Source: Octopus vulgaris (taxonomy: Eukaryota). Taken from it: a stretch of 64,000 nucleotides of DNA. The notes beneath the pieces are model-generated. The model worked only from the letters and a program-made list of their open reading frames with translations. It made no database searches and was not told where the DNA came from. Position numbers and translations under genes: made by a program. Of the stretch, positions 53,560-64,000 are shown piece after piece. Location: positions 32,302,001-32,366,000 of the forward strand of contig OX597816.1 of the NCBI GenBank assembly GCA_951406725.2. The letters run 5' to 3'. Position 1 is the stretch's first letter, and the number at the start of each line of letters is the position of its first letter.

Positions 53560-54750
53560 TCTAAGATAAATTAATGTTATTCTGGAACTAGGAAGTATAT
53601 CATTTTATTTGATAACAAATACTGCGCCAGACAATTCGAAAGGATTATTTTGATATTACAAAGGGTTCGACGGATTCTATCTAGGTTACTAAATTAGAAG
53701 GTATATACGTCTTATAACATTTTCATAATGAATTTCCAGATATGAAAAGCGGACTCTATACAGATGAAGCACTAGTTTTGATTAATAGTCTATGAAATAT
53801 AATATTGAACGTATATATGAAAAAATTCCATAGTTTTTAAAGAGTTTGTTTATCTATTTCTATTGAAAACTAATGTGATTCAGTTAATTACTTGGATGTC
53901 AATCTGAACATTGTTACTGGCATATACTGCTCATATCATAAACCTAACAATCATTTGAAGTACATTAGCTTAATAGTAAAAATGCTAAATCAATAACAAG
54001 AGTTTTGGTTGATAATAAGTCGAGACGTGTTTCATATTTATATTCCAATGACGAAAACGTTAAAAAAATAATACTGAATATCATAATGCTGCCCAAGAAA
54101 AAGCGGAATACTTGAATAAAATAGTATACTAAAAGAATGAGAACTAAAATAAATTTCATTGTAATAATGGAAAATTAGTTGACAACGAACTGTATGGATC
54201 TAATACTGTATATGTGCACAAACCAGTTACACTTCATTATATTTCGTTTATTATTCTTTACGTACGGCAATTAAAAACTCATTTGGTTAAGCTTTCTTAC
54301 ATATCTAAATCTAACCATTTTATAAAGAACATAGATGTAATAAAATATTTAATATCAAAGAGATAAAAGTAGGTTTTACAGTATATACAATTTGTTTTAG
54401 AAGTATCTTTTCATTTAATGATTAAAAAATTATATATTTGCAATAAAAGAAATAATTATATTACAGAGATTAATCTAACATTGTGTATAATTGTAGGGTT
54501 TAATCTGAACGTAACAATTATTTTTACATAGAGTCAATGGAAAATCTTATTTAAAAATGAATGTGAAACCATGAGTAATACTTTTAGCAATAGGGAAAGG
54601 TTTAATGGAACTAGTTTGAGTAAGCTATAATATGGAAATTAAAGGATACGACATAAAATTTGAAAAGTAATGATGTTAGAGTAAATGAATTATATATGAT
54701 TTTAACATCTAAGAAATATTGCTCGTCGAAACACTATTGTAGTTATGTGC
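53560..54750 (+). mobile_element. Decayed PLE (RT plus GIY-YIG remnant), lineage distinct from the 30320 element
   Basis: FDITKGSTDS..VTKLEGIYVL (cf. FDVTMGSxDGAEVCELVGLYIL), GLYTDEAL (GLYRDD), VNYLDVNLNI..YHKPNN, then FSNRERFNGTSLSK..IWKLK. Confidence 0.7.
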
Positions 54751-54768
54751 TTAGAATATTTTATTATT

Positions 54769-54840
<72 letters not shown>

Positions 54841-54904
54841 TTGTATGTGTCTCTGGCAATGTGTCTATATGCGTATATACAATACTGTGTATATTTGTAT
54901 AGGC

Positions 54905-54950
<46 letters not shown>

Positions 54951-54997
54951 TGTATATATGTTATTTGTATTGATACCTGATGTTATATATCTGTCTT

Positions 54998-55062
<65 letters not shown>

Positions 55063-55849
55063 CTATGTTTATAATTAATATCTAAATTATGGGAGTATAT
55101 GTACACATATATATTTATCTATATGTTTGGATATATATATTTATATACATATGTGTGTGTGTGTAAATTTGTATGTGTGTCATCGTATATGCATGTATGC
55201 GTGTAAATTTATATATATATATATATATATGTATACATATGTATGTGTGTATATATATATGTATATATAAATATTTATCTATGTATGAGTGTATATATAT
55301 ATGTGTCTTTATAGACTTTATATTCTAAGTGTGTATACATATGTATATATGTTGATACTTGTGTCTGTATATAACTATATACTTTTATGTATTTGGTTTT
55401 TGAGTGTATCTATCTGTTAGTGTTTTTGGATTTGAATATGTGCACGTTATACACACAAGCGCGCGTACACGCACACGCATGTATATATATACAAATATAT
55501 GTATACGTCTACACAGGAAAATGCACACACACACACACATATATATATGTACATGCATATATAGGTATTTGTATGGATGTATATATATATATATATATAT
55601 ATAAATACATATATGGTTTCTTTTATATTCTATAGTAATGTGGGTATTTGGAGTAAAAAGCCACTGAGTGGATTAATTTATAATATTTCTTAATGATTCA
55701 ATTGAAAATATTTGTAGTTATAAAATACGTCTTTTTATTCGTAGATAAATATTAGTTATATATTACAAATAAGTTATCTGCATTATACTAAATGAATATA
55801 CATTTATAAATACATTATTTTAACTTAATAATTAATGGTGATGATGTTT

Positions 55850-55851
55850 AC

Positions 55852-55936
<85 letters not shown>

Positions 55937-55940
55937 TTAG

Positions 55941-56028
<88 letters not shown>

Positions 56029-56033
56029 TAATG

Positions 56034-56069
<36 letters not shown>

Positions 56070-56072
56070 TTG

Positions 56073-56103
<31 letters not shown>

Positions 56104-56458
56104 GATGGCAATAATAATAATAATAAGATGACAACGAATCTCTAAAAGAAATTGTGAAAATTTCAAAATACAAAGACATGGAAGTAGAGGTAACCAGAAT
56201 GTGGAATCTAAAAACAGAAACAATTCCTATCATTAGGCATGATAAAACAATATTCAGACAAATCCATAACAAAAACACCAGGACTTACAAACACATATAA
56301 CATACAGAAAATTTCACCACTAGGCACTGCACACATCCTACGCAGAACACTTTCCATACAATAACCATCAGAGCATCACAACAAATCACAGCACATACCT
56401 AAGGCACACAGAGCTGCGCCCGGTAGTGAAGTGAAAGCACGCTATAAAAATAAAACTA

Positions 56459-56528
<70 letters not shown>

Positions 56529-56552
56529 GTAATAATAATAATAATAATAATG

Positions 56553-56585
<33 letters not shown>

Positions 56586-56588
56586 GTA

Positions 56589-56646
<58 letters not shown>

Positions 56647-56687
56647 GCAGTAGTAATAATAATAATAATAATAATAATAATATAGCA

Positions 56688-56729
<42 letters not shown>

Positions 56730-56783
56730 GTAATAATAATAGTAATGATAATAATAATGATAATTAATGATATTAACAATACG

Positions 56784-56865
<82 letters not shown>

Positions 56866-56866
56866 G

Positions 56867-56917
<51 letters not shown>

Positions 56918-56932
56918 TAATAATAATAATAA
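55850..56932. repeat. Large (TAA)n array interrupted by a LINE fragment
   Basis: Direct reading. Confidence 0.95.
56127..56462 (+). mobile_element. 3' end of a Dong/R4-clade non-LTR retrotransposon in (TAA)n
   Basis: SLKEIVKISKYKDMEVEVTRMWNLKTETIPII / GMIK..NIQKISPLGTAHILRRTLSIQ* (stop 56362-56364) is an RLE C-terminus. About 100 bp of 3' UTR runs into TAA repeats. Confidence 0.85.
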
Positions 56933-57974
56933 AAATGATAAATGAATAGTTTTATATAATTACATATTATGGTTAAAAAACATTTATTTCCACTTACGCA
57001 TTTTTTTATTAGTTCTAGAACTTGTTTGTGTAAGTATGTATAATTTGATTATAGTAATTATGATATATAATTATATATTTTTTATACTTGTAAATATTTG
57101 TACTTTATAGCTTATGTCCTTAATGCAACACTCTAATTTTGTTACTTCTTAAAGTATTTTATTGTATGTAATTTATAGTTTTAATATATTTTTATATAAG
57201 AAATAATATAGGTTATATTTATCGTAGGTCTATATTTTACGTTGATGCTCTTGCTTATTTTATTTACAGAATTGTCCCTTTGATCATATACAGAAATAAT
57301 ATCCATTATATTTTAGTTACTATGAATAATCTTTATTCCTGTAATTTCTAAATTAGTTAATTCTGAAAGTCTTAGTAAAATTCTGATATTTATTATATAT
57401 AACTTATTATCTGTTTACTTAAGAAATAATATGGGTTATAATTATCGTAGGTCTAAGTTTTTGTTTATATTATTTACTAGATCTCCCATCGATAAACTAA
57501 GTAAATAAGGACCATTACCAATTACGTTGAATAATATTTATAACAGTAACTTTAAATAAATGGGAGGTGTTATTATATTTTATCCTTATATTAGTATATT
57601 ACGATATTATCATTATATATGATTTATATATATTTAATTTAAGTAATTATAAATATATAAAAATTATTGCATATAAATAAATAGTTAGTTGATAAACTAG
57701 AAATATGATCTTTCGAACCCACTATATAAGTACAAACCAATTGTGTGCTCTTTTGGCTTTTCAATATTTTTTTAATATCCCATATTATATTATATCTATA
57801 TTATATTTTATTCAATATACACAAATTGTTAGATTGCCAATAGTATTTCCTATTTAATTCAATGCATATAATTTGTATTTTACCCTATTTCTGCGGTATT
57901 CAACTGACATGCTGGGATATTCTGTACCACATTGCAGAAATGTTTTCTTCTGTTACATTATCATATATATGTAA

Positions 57975-58414
57975 CTATATGTCTCCGGGTTCAGTCCTAT
58001 TGCGTGACAAGTTGTGTGTTTTCTACTGTAGATTCCAGCTGACCAATGTCTTGTGAGTGGATTTGATAGACAGCGGAAACTGAAAATATCCGTCGTATAT
58101 GCATACATACATACATGCATATATATAAATATATATATATATATACATATAAATATACATATATATACATATATATGTATATGTGTATATATGCATATAT
58201 TTCTTATTTTTGTCTGTGTGTCCCCCCTCATCACTTGGTAACCGATTTTGGTGTATTTACATCTCCGTCACCTAGCATATTGGAAAAAAAGTAACCGATT
58301 GAACAAGTACTAGGCTTACAATGAACAAGTTCTGGGACAGGTGTGTTCGACTAAACGCGATGTTACAATACGATTGCAGTCAAATGACTAAAGCAAGTAG
58401 AAGAGTAAAAGAAT
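57975..58414 (+). mobile_element. SINE family A, old diverged copy
   Basis: ccgggttcagtcc, ttgtgagtggatttg, an internal TA tract, and tail gcagtcaaatgactaaagcaagtagaagagtaaaag. Confidence 0.75.
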
Positions 58415-59201
58415 ACCCGAATATATATATGGTAGTATAACTTCTGATAATAATTTTAACCCTTCACCTATGTGTAGCATTCATTATCTCACAAAGGGAG
58501 ATATATTTTTCTTGCTATAAAAACTAGCATAAAATACATATCGTTGGGAGATAAAGTTATCGGGAGGATGAAAACGCTCCCAAATTCGAATGATATGCTA
58601 TACTATGGCTTTGTTGATTCATAATGTTCTATAGTATTTTATGTTCTTCTATCTAGCTCTCCTTCCTTTGTCACATACGACAAAGCAGGCTAAGATGAAA
58701 GTCGTTCATCCATTATCATTATATCGAGTTAGCATGAATCAATCTCCTCCAGTATCTATGTGTATTAGGAACAGTTTCACAAGTATTGCATGAAATATCA
58801 ACCAGTATTTAGGGTAATATGTCGACATTCATCGTTCTAATCCCGGCAGATTCCATACTGTCACATGATTCTACTATGCTATATTTCTGCTGTGATTTTA
58901 TAAAATTAATTTTGTTGCAGATATTTCGAGTGACGTTCATTAATTTAAAATGTTTAAAAAATCTGATTATCGGATACTGAAAGCTTTAATGAAATTAATA
59001 TATGATCAAAAATGTTTATTTAGATTCTGTATATAATATGTAAAAAAATATAACGGCAAATAACCAATACAGATGTGTAAACACAATATTTAAGAAAAAT
59101 GTTGCACTTGTAAAATAATTGTCTGCCGGGACAAAGGATCTTAATTATGAAGATAAGTTTGAGTTTGAATTAGAAAGCTTATTCATAGAAGATATTCTTT
59201 G

Positions 59202-59236
59202 CTGAGGAAGTGAAAATAGATTAGAAACCGCGGTCC
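59202..59236 (+). ncRNA. Degenerate minimal-hammerhead-like motif
   Basis: CTGAGGA ... GAAA-ccgcgg-TC with palindrome ACCGCGGT. Stems I and II are not convincingly paired. Confidence 0.25.
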
Positions 59237-59832
59237 ACCGATATTGATTTCAGCTGAGTGGGGATGTCAAACTCCCCTGTTCGAAACTATAAGGACAGAT
59301 ATTGTGTGACGTATAGCCAGATGGAGACGATGTTTCCTGCGGTTAAATAGTAGTAATATTTGTCCCAACCGGGAGTGCCACATTATGCTGGCAAATAATC
59401 TTTACTTTCGCGTATCGTCACTCAATATCACTTTGAATATTTTATATATTTTCCAACATGAATTTAGCAGTGACATTTCAAGTAAAGCATTTATTCTGTA
59501 CTGAATGTCTCCTTGAAAATTATATATATTTTTTCGAACAGGTATTCAGTAGCGCACTCTCTAACCAAGTAGTTTTTCTCTGCTGACGAAAAGAAACAAT
59601 GGAGAAACAAGGGATGAATGTGGATGCTAAACTCTCATGTTCAAAAATATAAGGACATAGTATCTCCTATACGCAGCCGCAGATGATGTTTCCTGGGGTT
59701 AAATAACAGTAATATTCGTCCTAAACGGCACTGTCATATTTTGTTGGCAGTCTTCACTATATACATACATGCATATATATACACATATATACATATATAT
59801 GCATGTATTTACGGGTGTGCATGTATCTATCT

Positions 59833-60067
<235 letters not shown>

Positions 60068-61401
60068 AAACTGGCAATGAGTGTGTTGGTGTGTGTAGTA
60101 CGTATGCATTTCTAGAGTTTTCAACCGATTTTCACCAAACTTCACGCACACATTACTTATAAGCTAAGGATGGCCTTGCACTATAAAACTATGTCCAGAG
60201 CTCATGCAGAAAAATAATGTTTCACCATTATTTTCTTAACTCTACAAACTGCAGTTTTCAATCGATTCTCTCCTTTTCTCTCTGTTTATTTATGCTTTCT
60301 CTTTATTTTTCTCCCTGTAATACTTCCTCTATTTCAATGTCTCTCTCTCCTCCTCTCTCTCAGACACACACGCTCTGAACAGTGACTTCAGTGTAGTGCA
60401 GTTTTTCAGTGCATGAAATTCTTTCTCTTCACACTATTTGTACGTTCTTCATACAACATTACTGCCCTTACTTAAAATATTTTGCACTCCGTATATTTAA
60501 ATACACTGTTTAACATTTCTCTATCGAAAACCGTTGTGATACACTAGATAAGCTTCTATTACTAACCAATCATGATTCAACCACGCCACTGATCATACAT
60601 GTGTGGCTCAAGTTATTTTCTTGTCCATCTTTATACGCTAAAATTGGTTTTGTATTTTCTGTCTGCAAACTGACTTCCTTCTTTGATATAGTATTGTTAC
60701 ACTTTTATTCTTTCACTTTTAATCCTAATGTGATAAAAATATAATTTTGTTTCTTATTTATTCATTCACATTTGTGTGTGTATTTGCGCATTCGTTACGT
60801 ACGATATAGTAAAGGACTTTTGATACGAATACGACGGCATCACATATATTTGTGTGTATGTGTCTCTGAGTGTGTATGTTTCCGTGTTATGTACGTTATT
60901 AAACATAGGCACTCATCTACATATAATCACATGTGATGACTGACATGCGTGAATGTATGCCTCTATGTGTCTCTCTTATTATATGTATGTGACAACATGT
61001 GAGAGCGTATGTGTGCATATCGTCACGTTTTGTATATGAATGTCTATGCGTTTGTGATTATATGTGTGTCTGTGAGTTTGCGAGCCCGTAACGGACGTTA
61101 TTAAATCAGCACATACATCTACACATACAAATACATATGTAACGAAAATTCTGGCGATGAAAGCCTTGAGAAAAAAACAATTACGTGGAAGGTCCCACTT
61201 ATATAAAATACAAATCTACCGTTCGATTAACACTTCAAATATATCGCAGCAGTTGCAAGTTTGAACGTCGTTTACAATTTGTTTATTTTTGGTTAATTTA
61301 CACTACGTTGAAAAATATAGACATGCTACACACATAAAACGGCTTACAAAAATAGATTTCTGTAAATATTTTTCTTCATATTATTTTGTTTAAAATATTG
61401 G

Positions 61402-61525
61402 AAAACAATTGCAGCGTAGAAGGTGTTTCTTAAATTGCTTATAAGCACCTTCCACGATGCAACTGCTTTCGTTCCAGCACACAGTCTCAGGTCAAGTCAC
61501 TCGCTACGCAAGTACATCTCCGTAA
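61402..61525 (+). mobile_element. Fold-back family F1, short third copy
   Basis: aaaacaattgcagcgtagaaggtg ... caccttccacgatgcaactg, plus tail gtacatctccgtaa. Confidence 0.7.
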
Positions 61526-61638
61526 TAAGGGAAAAACATATTAAAAAAGAAAAAAACAAACGTAATCTCTCCAGAAACACCAGCAATGCAATAGGAAGTG
61601 CAAAAAAAGAGATCAGGGCCATGAGAGTCTCCCAACAT

Positions 61639-61890
61639 CAGCAAAGGCATACTGTAACACATCAGATGGAGTCTCGATGGAGAAGGGACATGAGACTTTC
61701 CAAAGACTACCAAACGCATGCTGCAGCACGTTAAATGAAGTCACAAGAGAGAAGGGTTTGGAGGCTTTCGCAACGTCAGTAAAAGCAAGATGCAGCACGT
61801 TAGATGAAGTTTCAAGACGGAAGGGCGATGAAATTTACTCAAGATCAGCAAAGGCATCGCGCACCGCATCACATGGAGTCTCGAAGAGAG
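61639..61890 (+). repeat. 69-bp (23-aa) coding-type tandem repeat, STPR-like
   Basis: Units start at 61639, 61708, 61777 and 61846. Unit 1 translates as QQRHTVTHQMESRWRRDMRLSKD. Confidence 0.7.
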
Positions 61891-62188
61891 ATGAGGCATT
61901 CCCGCTGCACCACTTAATGCTGAATCATTATAACAACGTTTAGCATGCCAGATTACACAGATGTTCAACAGAATAGCTCGCAGAATCAGACCAAGCACAA
62001 ATTCGTTCTTCGCAACACTGGACAGCATTCAGATATGATCGATCCGATTGCTATAAAAATGATAATTCTTTCGAAATTGGCGCGCTAAACACAAATTGTC
62101 GTTTATGCAAATCTTTAATATTTACTCCACAAATATTTTGTCGTCAATGCTGTACTTTCCTGTGTGACTTGTTTTGTCATAACTGTGT

Positions 62189-62279
<91 letters not shown>

Positions 62280-64000
62280 TGTTTTAATCCCAAGCAATAC
62301 CGAGTTTCTCTATGATATCGATATGATATCGATTCACTTTTGTTCTTTTACTTTCAATTCTAAAGTGATACGACTAAAATATTGTTTCACTTTCAATTCT
62401 AACGTGAAAACACTAACATCATCTTACTTTACACAACATACCGTTCAATTACCAGTAAATAATTAACGCAGCAATTGTAAGGTTGCAAGATAATTACAAT
62501 ATATATTACCCCTTAAATAACATTTAATACACGCGCTATATATAATATATAATTCACCGTTTCTCTGTCTGCCTGAATCCAATGCATTCTCAAACTTCTT
62601 CACCAAATAAAATCAAATTTTACAAGGTAACATAATAAGACCCCGCGAGTGTCAACATGTAATTTCTTTTCCTTTCCATTAAAACAATACGATATTTTAT
62701 TGACATAATGTTTCTATAGTCAAATCTAGCACAAGACAATGACGTCAATGTCACATTTTTTATATCGTGTGTATGTGCTTCTCAGTGTATGCTTGTGAGT
62801 ATGTGAGAGTGCATGTGTCTGTTGGTGTATGTTTCCTCGTTTGACGACGACATCCCATTTTGTATATGATTGTCTATATATATTTGAGTGTATGCGTGCG
62901 TATGTGTCTGAGTGTGCGTGTGTGTTTCCGCGTTAGGTATGCTATTCAACCCACTCACACACAGACACACATATCTACATGTACATATACATATGTGATG
63001 ACGGGCATGCCTCATTGTATACCTGTGCATATCTGTCTTACTATATAGTTTTACACTCCACAACTGTCAACATGCCATTCTCTTTCATTTCGATTAAAAC
63101 AATATAGCATTTCATAAACAATCTTGCTTTTGTCAACTATAGTACGAGTAGTTTTATATAAGTGTATATATGATTATGTATGAGTTTGCGCGTCCAATAC
63201 GTACGTGATAATAAAGGACATTTTATAGTACGACGGAGACGCCACATACAATGCGTCTGAGAGTGTATGCGTTTGCGTGTATTAATGTGTATGTCGCTCT
63301 GAATGTGTGTTTTTCTGTGTCAGGTGCGTTAGTAAATATACGCACATATCTACAAAAAGATTTACACATTTGACCACTGACCTGCGTGAATTTATGCCTG
63401 TAGGTGACTCTTTTGCTCTATGTATGTGACAGTCAGTGCGATTGTATGTGTTTGTATCGTCAAATTTTGTATATTAATATAAATATGTGTCTTTGAGTGT
63501 GTGTTTGCGCGCTTATTACGTACATTATTAGACACACACACGCATACATCTACACATTCATATACACATGTGATGAGAACAGCTGGAGGTGAAACTCTTG
63601 ACAAGAACCAATTACGTGGCAAGTCCAAGTTATATAACATACAAATCTACCATTCAATTAATATTCCATAATCATCGCAGAATTTGCAATGTTGCAAGTT
63701 AGTTACAATTTGCTTATATGTAAACAAAACTATAGACACACGACCAACATACAGCTGCTTTAAAAGGTAGAGTCTGCATCAAAAGGAAGATGAGATTTTC
63801 TCAAGTCCAGCAAAGGCAAACTGCAACACATGAGATAGTATCTTAATTCTCGGTAACGTGAAGGCTTTTCAAATTAGACCTCACATATCGTTCCAGCAGG
63901 GTCGGGTAGCTTCTCATACCGCAAGACAAACAATGCAGTTGCTACGGCAGTACTTTGGGGAGAGAATAATATCCCGCTACAGCAATGTCATCATCTCGCC

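Larger units (their letters stand above)
60060..64000 (+). mobile_element. Helitron-derived region (5' end, STPR-like repeats, RepHel N-terminal remnant, partial duplication)
   Basis: 5'-type sequence atataaaactggcaatg..ttttcaaccgattttcaccaaactt, 69-bp repeats from 61639, and AFRYDRSDCYKNDNSFEIGALNTNCRLCKS..CC at about 62025-62152. Related repeats recur at 63770-63900. Confidence 0.65.

Overview
AT-rich, microsatellite-dense eukaryotic DNA. The SINE and repeat complement suggests a cephalopod, most likely Octopus (inference from recalled repeat families, no search run). I found no convincing host exon, and nearly all listed ORFs are microsatellite read-throughs. The window is a mosaic of transposon remnants: three tRNA-derived SINE families, a 5'-truncated CR1/L2-type LINE, R4/Dong-type RLE LINEs, several Penelope-like element (PLE) RT/GIY-YIG fossils, mariner, hAT and Helitron fragments. 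The standout is a young 762-bp element at 17768-18529: two 267-bp direct repeats with a single mismatch, 495 bp apart, each carrying a complete type I hammerhead ribozyme on the minus strand. This is a retrozyme-like architecture predicting a self-excised, possibly circular, 495-nt RNA. Several short fold-back PLE-derived mini-elements carry minimal or variant hammerhead folds, and one LINE/SINE pair shares a 3' stem-loop with compensatory changes. Boundaries of degenerate elements were read by eye and are approximate.
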